Source of the DNA: an uncultured Bacilli bacterium
GTDB lineage: Bacteria > Bacillota_I > Bacilli_A > RF39 > UBA660
Assembly: GCA_944358815.1 (NCBI GenBank)
Contig: CALVRX010000026.1
Coordinates: forward strand, 1 to 58,698
Direction: 5' to 3'
Length of the DNA: 58,698 nt
This document shows, in pieces, positions 37,561 through 48,038 of this stretch; within the stretch, counting starts at the first letter, position 1, and each line of letters opens with the position of its first letter. The position numbers and the translations under genes are program-made. The notes under the pieces were generated by a model. It did no database searches. It was given only the letters and a program-made list of their open reading frames with translations, and had not been told where the DNA came from.

Positions 37561-38478
37561 TTATTTTGTTTTGGTCTTGACATGTGTATTATTGTTTTGT
37601 TTATATTGATGACTACGGTGATATATTTTTAAGATTTTGTTTTTAATTTTTAGATAGTCTAGATAATTTTTTTGTTTTGAATTTAATAGCCAATCCATAT
37701 CTACAATTATGTCGATGATTTCTTCTAAGGACATATATTTTAATAATTGACCTATTAGTTTAAAGATGTCGGCATTAAAATAATCTTCAATCATTTCTTC
37801 TTTATTGTCATAAAATTTTTCAATTAATAAAGATAGTTTTTGAAGATAAGGATAGTAATCATTTTTATTATGAAAGAATCTTTTATTTAATATTTCGGTA
37901 TAGCCTTCGTTTAATCCTTCACCTAAAATGCCACCTTGTTTGAGAACGATTTTAAAACCAACGTTATTAAAGATGGGGTGTGAGGATGAGGCATGTAATA
38001 ATTCATGATATAAGGTATCACTATTTTGTTTGTCATAAATATCTATTTGTTTATTGACTGAATTATAGGTGCCGGCTATTTTATTTTTTTGTGTGCTAGG
38101 GTGGTAATGAATGGTGATTTGCTTTGAGTTAATTAATAGGTGTCTAAGATTATCAATTTTAACATTTTTTAATAGTTCTGAGGCGAAAAGATATATTTCT
38201 GGTTCATCGTTTTTTAATTCTTCAACGGCATTTAATAAGATGTCTTGCTGGTTTTTAGTGAGATTGGCATATAATTTGGTATTTAAGTTGATATGTTTTA
38301 AATCTTCTAGGTTTTTATATAAAACTAATTTTTTTGCTTTGATTTCGTTTTGTTCTATTTTCTTTTGCTTGCGGCAATTTTTATAATTTGTATATATTTG
38401 TTTAATATAATACAGATTGATGAAAATATTTATACTAATTGTGATTACTATAATTATATTAGAAATAATCGTTGTCAT
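37561..38478 (-). CDS. Membrane-anchored hypothetical protein with an HExxH zinc-metallopeptidase-like motif
   Basis: N-terminal TM helix and HELLHASS at about aa 158. Otherwise unrecognised. Confidence 0.45.
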   Translation of the reverse strand: MTTIISNIIIVITISINIFINLYYIKQIYTNYKNCRKQKKIEQNEIKAKKLVLYKNLEDLKHINLNTKLYANLTKNQQDILLNAVEELKNDEPEIYLFASELLKNVKIDNLRHLLINSKQITIHYHPSTQKNKIAGTYNSVNKQIDIYDKQNSDTLYHELLHASSSHPIFNNVGFKIVLKQGGILGEGLNEGYTEILNKRFFHNKNDYYPYLQKLSLLIEKFYDNKEEMIEDYFNADIFKLIGQLLKYMSLEEIIDIIVDMDWLLNSKQKNYLDYLKIKNKILKIYHRSHQYKQNNNTHVKTKTK

Positions 38479-38548
38479 GAAACATTCTCCTTTTGCCTTT
38501 ATATTATACTATTTTGTTTTTTTTGTAAAGAAAACAGTAGGAATTATC

Positions 38549-40873
38549 CTACTGTTCAAATTGAGAGTTATATAAGTTAGCATAAAAACCGTTTTGTTGC
38601 ATTAGCTGCTCATGATTACCCTGCTCGACAATGTTTCCGTCTTTCATGACTAAGATTAAGTCGGCATTTTTGATAGTTGATAGTCTATGGGCAATGATAA
38701 ATGAAGTTTTGCCTTCAGTTAGTTTATCCATGGCTGATTGTACTAATTCTTCGGTTCTGGTATCGACATTTGATGTGGCTTCATCGAGAATTAGGAATGG
38801 AGATTCATGAATCATTCCTCTAGCAATTGTAAGTAATTGTCTTTGACCAGCAGAAACGCTTTCGTTATCGGATAATATTGTGTCATAACCTTTAGATAGG
38901 GTTCTGATGAAGTGATCTAAGCCTACTTCTTTACATACTTCTTTGACACGTTCATCGGAGATGTTTTGCTGGTTATAGATGATATTTTCTTTGATTGTGC
39001 CTTCAAATAACCAAGTATCTTGAAGCACCATAGTGAATAATTCGTGGATATTTTCTCTAGTTAATTCTTTTGTGGAAACGCCATCTATTTTAATATCACC
39101 GTCATTTATATCGTAGAATTTCATTAGAAGGTTAACCATAGTGGTTTTACCAGCTCCGGTTGGTCCGACTATAGCAACTTTTTGTCCAGGTTTGGCATGA
39201 GCAGTAAAGTCTTTAATTGTTGGTTTATCGTTTCCATCATATTTGAAGACAACGTTTTCAAAATCAATGTAGCCTTTAACGTCTTTTTTGTCTAGATGTT
39301 TAGTGATATTTTCTTGACTACTCATTTCTGGTTCATCGACAAAGTCGAATATTCTTTCACTAGCAGCAGCTGTAGACTGTAATGAGGTCATAGCTTGAGC
39401 GATTTGTGATAGAGGGTTAGTAAATAGTCTTACATAAGTCATAAAGGCAACAATGACACCAAATGATATTTGACCATTCATGGTAAGCATGGCACCAACG
39501 ATACAAACAGCTACATAACCAAAGTTACCAATAAATGCCATAATTGGTTGCATTAATCCTGATAAGAATTGACTTTTTTTATTGCTTTGACAAACTTTGT
39601 TATTAAATTTTTCAAATTTTTGACTAGCTTCTTCTTTACCGTTATATGCTTTAACAACGTTTAATCCAGAGTATATTTCTTCGATATGACCATTTAGATT
39701 ACCTAGTTCAGTTTGTCTTTGCATGAAGTATTTTTGTGATTTTTTAAGGATGACTGCCATACCGATAAAGCCAACTAAACTTGATACGATAGCTGTTATG
39801 GCTAAAATCCAATTGGTTATAAACATCATAATAATACTTCCTAAAAATAAGGTGATACTACTGACTAAAGATGCGAGTGATTGGTTCATTGATTGAGCAA
39901 TCATATCAACATCGTTAGTAATTCTTGATAGAATATCTCCTATTTGATGTTTATCGAAGTATTTTAAAGGTAGTTTATTGATTTTAACAGATATTCTACT
40001 ACGTAATTTGTTGGCAAATTTATTAGCCACATTGGTCATACAGATAGATTGAATATAAGTAAATATAGCACTAGCTAGATACATACAAACAAGTAGAAGT
40101 GTTATGCTTTTAATTTTTGACATATTCATGGTTGGTTCGATAACTGTTCTAATTGATTTTGGTAAAGTGTCTAGCTTTTTATATAATTGTTCTTCACCGA
40201 TGTTTTTATCTAAAGTACTGATGGTTTTAATAAATTTATATTGATCTTGTGGGGTTATTTTTGTGCCATCAATAGTGATTTCTTGGAAGAAAATATTTTG
40301 CATGTTTTTAGATAAATTTATTTGTTTTAAATCTTTACCGGCTTTAATTAATGCGATTTTATCTTGAGTAGTTATAGTTGTACCCTTATATTCGCTATCG
40401 GTAAATATTTTTTCTAAAATATTATTTGGTAATTTTTGAAGGTTTGAAAAGGCTTCTGTTTGGTTTCCATCTTCAAATTGCGTTAATATTTCTTGAAATT
40501 GTCTTTTATTTTCAGCAGAAATATTATTATCTTGCATAATGCTTTCAATAGTTTCTTCTGACATATTTGGGCTTAATAGTTCTGGAAGTATTTTTTGCAA
40601 TTGTTTTTCGTTTAAGTTTTTGGTTACTTCTTTAGTTAATGATTGCATGTTATCTTGATTGATAACAAGACCTGCAGATATTTCGTCGGTTAGGTCAGAT
40701 AGTCTATTAGGAGCTAGTATTGAAAGTATTGATCCTAATATGGCTAAGGTAAAGGCGACTATTATAAGGGTTTTTAAAGTATTTAGTTCACTAAATAGTC
40801 TTTTAACAGCGCCTTTAAAATCTCTAGCTTTTTCATAGTTATTATTTCCTGGTCCATGATTTACTCTAGGCAT
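38549..40873 (-). CDS. ABC exporter half-transporter (TMD-NBD), consensus-site subunit, with a ~200-aa insertion in extracellular loop 1
   Basis: GPTGAGKTT (Walker A), LILDEATSNVD (Walker B with the catalytic Glu), degenerate signature VSAGQRQ, and H-loop IIAHRLST. About 195 hydrophilic residues lie between TM1 and TM2. Confidence 0.85.
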   Translation of the reverse strand: MPRVNHGPGNNNYEKARDFKGAVKRLFSELNTLKTLIIVAFTLAILGSILSILAPNRLSDLTDEISAGLVINQDNMQSLTKEVTKNLNEKQLQKILPELLSPNMSEETIESIMQDNNISAENKRQFQEILTQFEDGNQTEAFSNLQKLPNNILEKIFTDSEYKGTTITTQDKIALIKAGKDLKQINLSKNMQNIFFQEITIDGTKITPQDQYKFIKTISTLDKNIGEEQLYKKLDTLPKSIRTVIEPTMNMSKIKSITLLLVCMYLASAIFTYIQSICMTNVANKFANKLRSRISVKINKLPLKYFDKHQIGDILSRITNDVDMIAQSMNQSLASLVSSITLFLGSIIMMFITNWILAITAIVSSLVGFIGMAVILKKSQKYFMQRQTELGNLNGHIEEIYSGLNVVKAYNGKEEASQKFEKFNNKVCQSNKKSQFLSGLMQPIMAFIGNFGYVAVCIVGAMLTMNGQISFGVIVAFMTYVRLFTNPLSQIAQAMTSLQSTAAASERIFDFVDEPEMSSQENITKHLDKKDVKGYIDFENVVFKYDGNDKPTIKDFTAHAKPGQKVAIVGPTGAGKTTMVNLLMKFYDINDGDIKIDGVSTKELTRENIHELFTMVLQDTWLFEGTIKENIIYNQQNISDERVKEVCKEVGLDHFIRTLSKGYDTILSDNESVSAGQRQLLTIARGMIHESPFLILDEATSNVDTRTEELVQSAMDKLTEGKTSFIIAHRLSTIKNADLILVMKDGNIVEQGNHEQLMQQNGFYANLYNSQFEQ

Positions 40874-42626
40874 TTTCTAACTCCTCCTTTGATAATTGTG
40901 ATAAGGCGATTTGCTTATAGACATCACAAGTTTTTAATAATTCTTTATGAGTTCCCATACCGACACATTTACCACTATCTAAAACGACAATTTTATCAGC
41001 ATTCATAATGGTACCAATTCTTTGAGCGACGATTAAACTAGTGGCATTTTTAGTATAATTTTTTAATTCTTTTCTTAAAACGGCATCAGTTTTATAGTCA
41101 AGTGCGGAGAATGAATCATCAAAGATATAAATTTCTGGGTCTCTGGCTATGGCTCTAGCAATAGCTAATCTTTGTTTTTGACCACCTGAGACATTGGTGC
41201 CGCCTTGCGCAATATGTGTTTCATATTTATCATCCATTTTTTCAATGAATTCATCAGCTTGAGCGACTTTAGCGGCTTCTTTTATTTTAGTTTCACTAGC
41301 TTTGGCTTTACCGTTATCACCATAACTAATGTTATAGTTAATAGTACCGGCAAACATGACAGCTTTTTGAGGAATATAACCAAGTTTATTGTTTAATGCT
41401 TCTGTTTTATATTCTTTAACGTTTACACCATCAATTAGGACTTCACCTTCAGTGGCATCATAGAATCTTGGAACTAAGTTAATTAAAGTTGATTTTCCAG
41501 ATCCAGTAGATCCGATGAAGGCAATAGTTTCACCTTGATTTACTTTAAATGAAATGTTTTCTAAGACATATTCATCAGCATCAGGATATTTGAAGGAAAC
41601 GTTTTTGAATTCAACTGTTCCTTTTTCTTTGGTATTACCATCGAATGTTCCTGGCAATATTTTTTGTTTAGTGTCTAAAACTTCATTAATTCTTTTAGCT
41701 GAAACTTCAGCTCTTGGAATAATCATGAAAATCATAGCAAGCATTAAGAATGACATAATGACTTGCATAGCATAGGAACTAAAGACAATCATATTACCAA
41801 ATAAGCTAATTTTATCTGCTAAAACAGAGTTTTGAATTAAACCAGCACCAATAAAGTAGATTGATAAAGTTAAGCCATACATGATTAGATACATAACTGG
41901 CATCATAATGGCAAATTTCTTTTGGTTGAACAATTGTAAGTTGGTTAGTTTATCATTGACTTTATCAAATTTTTGTTCTTGGTATTTTTCGGCATTGAAT
42001 GCTCTAACAACTCGAATACCGGTTAGGTTTTCTCTAGCTATGCCGTTAATTTTATCAATTAATTTTTGGACGATTTTAAATCTTGGAACAACAATAATCA
42101 TCAATACGGTAATTACACCAAGCAAAATTAATACGGCAACTCCAGTTACGGCACTCCACTGCCATCCTTTATTTAAGATTTTAGTAATTGCCCAAATGGC
42201 AGTTATAGGAGCTTTAACTAGTAATTGTAATCCCATGGCAATTAACATTTCAATTTGCGTAACGTCGTTAGTGGTTCTGGTAATTAAGCTACTAGTTTGA
42301 AATGCTTTTATTTCTTCGGTGTCCAAGTTTTGAACTTTATCGAAGATTTGTTTTCTGGTGTTTTTAGAAAATTCTGAAGCAATATAGGCAGCAAAATATC
42401 CAGCACCAACGGCAAAAATTAAACTGCCTAAAGCGCAAAGAACCATGTAACCACCATTTCTAATGATGTCAGCCATTTTACTTCCTTCGGTTTGGACTAA
42501 GACTGTAATTTCTGACATATAATCTGGTATTTTTAGTTCTAGCCAAACTTGACCAACTATTAAAATTATACAAAATAAAGCAAATAACCATTCTTTTTTG
42601 GTTAAATTTTTAAGTAATTTTAACAT
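40866..42626 (-). CDS. ABC exporter half-transporter (TMD-NBD), degenerate-site subunit
   Basis: GSTGSGKST (Walker A), canonical signature VSGGQKQRLAIARA, and Walker B IYIFDDSFSALD with Asp replacing the catalytic Glu. It overlaps its partner gene by 8 nt. Confidence 0.85.
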   Translation of the reverse strand: MLKLLKNLTKKEWLFALFCIILIVGQVWLELKIPDYMSEITVLVQTEGSKMADIIRNGGYMVLCALGSLIFAVGAGYFAAYIASEFSKNTRKQIFDKVQNLDTEEIKAFQTSSLITRTTNDVTQIEMLIAMGLQLLVKAPITAIWAITKILNKGWQWSAVTGVAVLILLGVITVLMIIVVPRFKIVQKLIDKINGIARENLTGIRVVRAFNAEKYQEQKFDKVNDKLTNLQLFNQKKFAIMMPVMYLIMYGLTLSIYFIGAGLIQNSVLADKISLFGNMIVFSSYAMQVIMSFLMLAMIFMIIPRAEVSAKRINEVLDTKQKILPGTFDGNTKEKGTVEFKNVSFKYPDADEYVLENISFKVNQGETIAFIGSTGSGKSTLINLVPRFYDATEGEVLIDGVNVKEYKTEALNNKLGYIPQKAVMFAGTINYNISYGDNGKAKASETKIKEAAKVAQADEFIEKMDDKYETHIAQGGTNVSGGQKQRLAIARAIARDPEIYIFDDSFSALDYKTDAVLRKELKNYTKNATSLIVAQRIGTIMNADKIVVLDSGKCVGMGTHKELLKTCDVYKQIALSQLSKEELENA

Positions 42627-43069
42627 ATATCCACCCTTTCATTTTTTAAGTTTTCAGTCATTTTATTTATAACTTCGGAAAATATTTGCAAATCTTGATT
42701 ACTGATGTTTTTTGTTATAGCTGTCTCTGCTCGATTTAATTTGTTTTTGACAATTTGAAAATTATCTTTGGCTGTTTGACTGATGATAATTTCTTTTTTT
42801 CTAGTATCATTTTGGTCTTGAATTCTCGAAATTAAGTTGTTTTTTTCCATGGTTTTCAAAATTTCTGATAAGGTTGCCCGGCGCAGATTTAAGGCGATGG
42901 CAATATCTTTTTGATATATTTTTTCCCCATTTTTGGAAATTATGTAGTGCAGGATCTGCATTTGTGCGGGAGTTGGTAATTTTTTTTTATCAACATCGGT
43001 TTCACAAATGTATCTAATAATTTCATGGTTTAAATTTTTGATTTGATAGGTTACTCTTTTTGTTTGCAT
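42620..43069 (-). CDS. MarR-family transcriptional regulator
   Basis: The winged-HTH region QKDIAIALNLRRATLSEILKTMEKNNLISR is present. The size is 149 aa and the gene overlaps the ABC gene by 7 nt. Confidence 0.8.
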   Translation of the reverse strand: MQTKRVTYQIKNLNHEIIRYICETDVDKKKLPTPAQMQILHYIISKNGEKIYQKDIAIALNLRRATLSEILKTMEKNNLISRIQDQNDTRKKEIIISQTAKDNFQIVKNKLNRAETAITKNISNQDLQIFSEVINKMTENLKNERVDIC

Positions 43070-43090
43070 TATTCACCTTCTTTTTACCTG

Positions 43091-43126
43091 CTAAAACATT
43101 TTAGTATATATTTTAAACATTGTCAA
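43091..43126 (-). promoter_or_regulatory. marR-ABC operon promoter with a candidate MarR operator
   Basis: On the minus strand, TTGACA (43121-43126), a 17-nt spacer, then TAAAAT (43098-43103). The inverted repeat ctaaaa-ca-ttttag (43091-43104) overlaps the -10 box. Confidence 0.5.
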
Positions 43127-43152
43127 TACCCTAACAAAATTATTTTACAGTA

Positions 43153-43178
43153 TTTAAAAAGATAAGGCTGGCTTATCT
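43153..43178 (-). terminator. Terminator after the CE4 gene
   Basis: On the minus strand, agataag-ccagc-cttatct is followed by ttttaaa. Confidence 0.55.
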
Positions 43179-44031
43179 AATTTTTAATATGATGATGGAT
43201 TGATGGAGTATTTTTAGTAATTTTAGCAAATGTATATCCATTTTTTTTAGCATATTTAATTATAGGAATTAAGGCTTCGGTAGTTGTTTTTTTAGTGGAA
43301 GAATCGTGCATCAAAATTATATTAGTGCCATTATGTATTTTATTCACGACATTTTGATATATGACTTCTTTAGACAATTTTCCTGAAGCGTCTTTACTAT
43401 CGATATTCCAATCGAAATAGTAGAAATTATTTTGGGTTAATTTATTTGTGATCCTAGTTATGATACCTTGATTATATTTTTTAGATACTGTATTAGATGA
43501 GCCACCTGGTAATCTAATGATACGGGGTTTATGACCGGTAATTTTAGATACTTGCATTCTAAGGGTATTTAAATCATTAAAGTAGTTTTGTTCAGAGGCA
43601 TATATATAGTTATATTTATGAGTAGATGTGTGCAGGGCGACGGTGTGATTTTCAGCATACATTCTTTTGATGGAATTTGAGTATTTAAAAATTTGGTTTG
43701 AGGTTACAAAGAAGGTGGCTGGAATATTTTCTTGTTTTAAAATGTCTAATATGGTATCAGTTAAATAACTCGGTCCATCGTCAAAGGTTAAGTATATGGT
43801 TTTGTTTGAAATAATTGAGGGATTTATGTTTTGTATTTTTATTTTTTTAGGTTCATAGTAATTTATTTTGCCAGTAAAGACTGTTAATGGTTTTATTTCT
43901 TTAAATTTTGGCTTTTTGGTATTTAATTTTATTAGGTAATTTGAAAAAAGGATGATATTAATAAGTAAACATATAATGATAATGATTGGCAATTTATATT
44001 TTAGGATAAAATCTTTGATATGATACTGCAT
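43177..44031 (-). CDS. Membrane-anchored polysaccharide deacetylase (CE4, NodB homology domain)
   Basis: N-terminal TM helix, then LTFDDGPS (motif 1), HTSTH (motif 2), RLPGGS (motif 3) and ILMHD (motif 5). Confidence 0.85.
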   Translation of the reverse strand: MQYHIKDFILKYKLPIIIIICLLINIILFSNYLIKLNTKKPKFKEIKPLTVFTGKINYYEPKKIKIQNINPSIISNKTIYLTFDDGPSYLTDTILDILKQENIPATFFVTSNQIFKYSNSIKRMYAENHTVALHTSTHKYNYIYASEQNYFNDLNTLRMQVSKITGHKPRIIRLPGGSSNTVSKKYNQGIITRITNKLTQNNFYYFDWNIDSKDASGKLSKEVIYQNVVNKIHNGTNIILMHDSSTKKTTTEALIPIIKYAKKNGYTFAKITKNTPSIHHHIKN

Positions 44032-44085
44032 ACTCTCACCTTTCGTTTTATTATACCTTAAAATACAGGATGTTTTAAAGTATTT

Positions 44086-44112
44086 TACGAAAAAAAGGGA
44101 TTAATTCCCTTT
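44086..44112 (-). terminator. Terminator of the TIR-SPFH-membrane operon
   Basis: Stem aaaggga/tcccttt with loop ttaat, flanked by an A-run and a T-run. It overlaps the stop codon of the last gene. Confidence 0.6.
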
Positions 44113-45027
44113 AGTTTTTTTACAAATGATATTTCTATCTTCAATAAGAGTTAGTATTTCATCGATTTGTTTTTGTTTATTTTCATTATTTATCTGTTTT
44201 AATTTATCTAGTATTTCTTCTTCTATTTTTTGAGTGTGCGCATTAGATATAGGGTCTGAGTATTTAATAGCTTCTAATAGGTCGTTATCATTAATTTTTT
44301 TAGCAATTTCTAGGGCTTTATCGATGAATTTTTGAATGTTATTTACTTGTTTATCGTAGTTATATAGTCTATTTTTTACCGAATATAGGGCGATGAATAA
44401 AGCTAAATAAATAATAGTTATAATAATACTTAAAAGTGGCAATTTTGAAATATCTGAGTAAGCTAAAATATTTATTATAAGAAGATATATAACTGATAGA
44501 ACATATAAAAATGCAATATAAACTGTTTTATCCTTATTTTTCTTTCTATTTAAAATAAAACATGAAATAAGAGCAATTATTAAAGCAGCTAATTCAATTA
44601 TTAAAACTAGATAAAAATAGTTATTTAAGTTTTCATTTATAATTGAATTTATTTTAATGACAGTTATTGGTACATATACTATGTGTGGCATATCCTTTAA
44701 TTTCATGGATATGGTGGTTACAGGTTTGTTATTTATTTTTTCTGGAATAACAATATTACCGCTCGGTCCATTATAATCAGTGATTTCTATTTCATTATTG
44801 TTTTCGTTATAGCTGAAATATTCTGGGTTGGTTTCAGTTATATTGGCAATTTCACTATCAGAAATATTTTTATAAGTAAAGTTATTTTCATTGGCATAGT
44901 TTTCGGCATAGTTATTGTTATGTGATTGAATTTGTGTTTCAAAGTTGTTATAAGGTTTTTGAACATATGTTAAAATGATGAAACAGGCACTTATTAATAT
45001 AAGGATTACGGGAATGATTTTTTTCAT
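44101..45027 (-). CDS. Polytopic membrane protein with an extracytoplasmic LRR_5/BspA-like repeat fragment and a cytoplasmic helical tail
   Basis: Signal anchor, then an extracellular segment EIEITDYNGPSGNIVIPEKINNKPVTTI (an LRR_5-type repeat start), three more TM helices, and an ~85-aa charged C-terminus. The ATG lies 1 nt after the SPFH stop (TAAAATG). Confidence 0.45.
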   Translation of the reverse strand: MKKIIPVILILISACFIILTYVQKPYNNFETQIQSHNNNYAENYANENNFTYKNISDSEIANITETNPEYFSYNENNNEIEITDYNGPSGNIVIPEKINNKPVTTISMKLKDMPHIVYVPITVIKINSIINENLNNYFYLVLIIELAALIIALISCFILNRKKNKDKTVYIAFLYVLSVIYLLIINILAYSDISKLPLLSIIITIIYLALFIALYSVKNRLYNYDKQVNNIQKFIDKALEIAKKINDNDLLEAIKYSDPISNAHTQKIEEEILDKLKQINNENKQKQIDEILTLIEDRNIICKKTKGN

Positions 45028-45028
45028 T

Positions 45029-46177
45029 TTATTTTACTCTCCTTCCACATTTTGGACAAAAAATGGTATCTTTATCAATTTTTGTATGACAATTTGGACA
45101 TGTTAGTTCGGTATTTAGATTAGTTCCACACTTTTTACAAAAGTTATGATCTGATGAGTTTTGAGTACCACATTTTGGGCATGTTTTTAAATTAGTGTCC
45201 ATATTTGCAAAGACACCTTGAACGTTAGTTCCTACTTTATCGCCTAAAGATGTCCCAATACCACTCATTATACCTAGGCCAACACCAACATTGGCTAATT
45301 CCCCTACTCCTTCATTAGCTGCCATTTTTTCGCCAACATCATATGATCTTTCTTCTTGGTATGAATAGCCTTCTTGCGCACGAGAAGTGGCTTCGGCTTT
45401 GGATTCAATGATTTTTTGTTGGGCTTTTGTTTCCTCATCAATAAGAGCAACCTTTTGTCTTAATTCAGCTTGGGCTACAGAGACAGTTTGTTTAAAGTAT
45501 AGTTCTTTGAATTCTTGATATTGTTTATCTTCTTCAGGTTTTAATATAGTTGTTAAAAAGAATTTATTTAGTTTAATACCATATTCAGCAAAGTCTTTTT
45601 CTAAAAGTTTTTGGAGAGTTTTGCTGAAATCTTCTAAGTATTTATCAATTTCAAAAATACATATTTTATTTTCAGAGATGATATTTGCCATATAGCTTTT
45701 AACTTTAGTTAAGACGCATGATTGGAAAAAGTCATCAATAGTTTCGTTATCAATTGTTTTTTTGATTCCAACTAGTTTTATTAATAATTTTCTTGAGTCT
45801 TCAACGATAAAACGCATTTCACCGCAAGCACCGATTTTAATAGGAAAATTATATTTTGGATCTAAAAATTCAAGTTTACTGCTTGTTCCCCATTTACTGT
45901 TTTTTTCAGTTTTATCGATGAAATACACTTCGCAGGTGAATGGACTTCTAAATCCAGTTGGAATTTTTAGAAATGTTTTTAGAAGCGGGATGTTATTAGT
46001 AGTTAAAGTATATTTACCTGGTCCGAACAAGTCTAGAGCTTTTCCATTAGAAAAGAAAAGGGCTTCCTGTGATTCATGGACAATTAACTGTGACATGGTA
46101 TTGAAATTGGTTTTGGGATATTTCCAGACGAGGTTATCATCTGCTTTTACTTTTTTTATTACTTCGAATATTGCCAT
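45029..46177 (-). CDS. SPFH/band-7 (stomatin-prohibitin-flotillin) family protein with two C-terminal zinc ribbons (YdjI/COG4260-like)
   Basis: The N-terminus VWKYP..LIVHESQEALFFSNGKALDLFGPGKYTL and a coiled-coil region fit the family. The C-terminus has CPKCGT..CKKCG and CPNCH..CPKCG. An AGGAGG RBS lies 7 nt before ATG 46177. Confidence 0.7.
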   Translation of the reverse strand: MAIFEVIKKVKADDNLVWKYPKTNFNTMSQLIVHESQEALFFSNGKALDLFGPGKYTLTTNNIPLLKTFLKIPTGFRSPFTCEVYFIDKTEKNSKWGTSSKLEFLDPKYNFPIKIGACGEMRFIVEDSRKLLIKLVGIKKTIDNETIDDFFQSCVLTKVKSYMANIISENKICIFEIDKYLEDFSKTLQKLLEKDFAEYGIKLNKFFLTTILKPEEDKQYQEFKELYFKQTVSVAQAELRQKVALIDEETKAQQKIIESKAEATSRAQEGYSYQEERSYDVGEKMAANEGVGELANVGVGLGIMSGIGTSLGDKVGTNVQGVFANMDTNLKTCPKCGTQNSSDHNFCKKCGTNLNTELTCPNCHTKIDKDTIFCPKCGRRVK

Positions 46178-46190
46178 TATATTACCTCCT

Positions 46191-48038
46191 TTAGTTATTG
46201 GCATTTTTGGGAATATAGCTTATGTATTCATAGTTTCCACCTGAATATATATAGCCGGTTATATCATTTGTGTATTGTATTTTATACCAAGCTCCTGAGA
46301 AGTTAGGGCATTTGACTTCTTTTGAACAATTGATGGTTTCTAGGACGGTATAATACTGTCCTTCTTTGGCCTGTCCAATTCTTTCACTTTTATTACTTGG
46401 CTTTTGTCTAATATTTATATAATTATTTATGATTTGGATTTGATCCATATTTTCATTTCTTTGATTTAGAATTTCATCTGGTTTAATTATAATCGCACTA
46501 ATTATTAAAAATAATGCTAATAAAGCTCCAACGATATAAACAATTATTTTGGTGGGTTTAGTTTTTTCAAGTTTTTGTTTTTCGGCTTCATTATATTTTT
46601 GGATTTCTTCGGCATAACTTTTTGGAACTTTTTGAACAATAGTTTTTATTTCCCATTTCGACTTTAAGAATAATAATAGTATAGTTCCAAGATAAACACC
46701 AATAATAGCTTTACTAAATATTAGGTTATATTTATTATAAATATAAACTGAAAAAATAATAAACATAATCATATTTAAAATATATATGTATTTCGATATT
46801 TTTTGATTTTTGCGATTAGTTATACCTAAAATGAAAGCAACTAAATATAAAATAGCAGTAATACCAAATACTAAAATAACATTATTTATTAATTGTGATG
46901 ATGTACTTAAAATATTTGAAACAAAAAAACGTTGAGATATCAAAATAATATAGAAAGCAGCAATGAAAAGTGATATCATTAAATTTATTACTATATAATA
47001 TTTTGGACATTTATCTTTATATATTTTTACAGGTATGCCAGCTTTTTCTAATTCAGCTTGTCGTTTCTTTTCAGCTTCTTCTTCTTTTAGAATTTCTTTG
47101 ACTTGCGATAATAGGTCATCAGATATTTGTTTATTTTGGGAATTTTTTGGAAGTAGTTTAGTAATTCCTCTAACTAGGTCTTGAATAGCACCTATTTTAT
47201 TTAGATCTTGACCTTGAAGAAGGGAAAATTCATCTGGAAGGTCACTAGCGCTCATGCCATAAAAACAGGGAATTAATGTTTTGGTTTGATCTTTTTTTAT
47301 TATATCTATATATCTATTCCATTCGTTTTTTACCCAAGGTGAGTTCATGTTGTTTTTAGATGTTCCAACAACAAGCATTATTTTCGCACTATTTAAGGCA
47401 CTAAAGATATATGGCTCATATTCTGATCCAATTTTATCTTCTAGAGTAATTCTTGAGAAGAAGACGTTATAGTTTAATTTAGTAAGTTCGTTATATATTT
47501 CTTGAGCTAGAACAGAATCTTTTGTCCTACCGCCATTTTTTTCATCTGTTTCTTTATAGCATATAAATATGTCATACGGTTTTTCATTTTCTGAGATGGT
47601 TAAAATTTCTTTTTGAAGTCTATTTATTTCTTTGGCTTCATTTTTATATAGTTTTAAGGTGTCACCATAGGCTTTATTTATTATATATTTATATTCTTCG
47701 GTAGCTAGTATTGATTCATGACTGGCTTTATGACATGTTGGAATTTTTTTACCTGTGTTTGGATCATCGACATATTCGACGCCATATTTACAAAGGAGTA
47801 TGCCCCATTTAGCTTCAATTTGAGTGTTATCTAAACTTAATATTGATTCATATAGTCCTTGCGCTTTATCAAACTCATTGGACTGTCTAAGTTCGCTAGC
47901 TCTATTATAAAGGTTTAATATTTTTTCATTATCAGTATTTGGCAGGGTCATTACGCTTTTACAGTAGAGGCATTTACCAGTGTTTGTGCCTTTTATTATC
48001 TGTATGTCTCCCCCACACATTTTACACTTAAATGTCAT
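46191..48038 (-). CDS. Zn-ribbon / TPR-like / TIR domain / 5-TM / extracytoplasmic SH3b protein (paralog 2)
   Basis: CKMCGG..CLYCKS forms the ribbon. The TIR region is YDIFICYKETDE..VFFSRITLE..IMLVVGTS..SPWVKNEWNRY, where the W-x-x-x-E motif carries the putative catalytic Glu. Five hydrophobic helices follow, with a K-rich loop before TM5. The C-terminal SH3_3-like region is INIRQKPS..GQAKEGQYYTVLE..WYKIQY..ITGYIYSG. Confidence 0.75.
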   Translation of the reverse strand: MTFKCKMCGGDIQIIKGTNTGKCLYCKSVMTLPNTDNEKILNLYNRASELRQSNEFDKAQGLYESILSLDNTQIEAKWGILLCKYGVEYVDDPNTGKKIPTCHKASHESILATEEYKYIINKAYGDTLKLYKNEAKEINRLQKEILTISENEKPYDIFICYKETDEKNGGRTKDSVLAQEIYNELTKLNYNVFFSRITLEDKIGSEYEPYIFSALNSAKIMLVVGTSKNNMNSPWVKNEWNRYIDIIKKDQTKTLIPCFYGMSASDLPDEFSLLQGQDLNKIGAIQDLVRGITKLLPKNSQNKQISDDLLSQVKEILKEEEAEKKRQAELEKAGIPVKIYKDKCPKYYIVINLMISLFIAAFYIILISQRFFVSNILSTSSQLINNVILVFGITAILYLVAFILGITNRKNQKISKYIYILNMIMFIIFSVYIYNKYNLIFSKAIIGVYLGTILLLFLKSKWEIKTIVQKVPKSYAEEIQKYNEAEKQKLEKTKPTKIIVYIVGALLALFLIISAIIIKPDEILNQRNENMDQIQIINNYINIRQKPSNKSERIGQAKEGQYYTVLETINCSKEVKCPNFSGAWYKIQYTNDITGYIYSGGNYEYISYIPKNANN

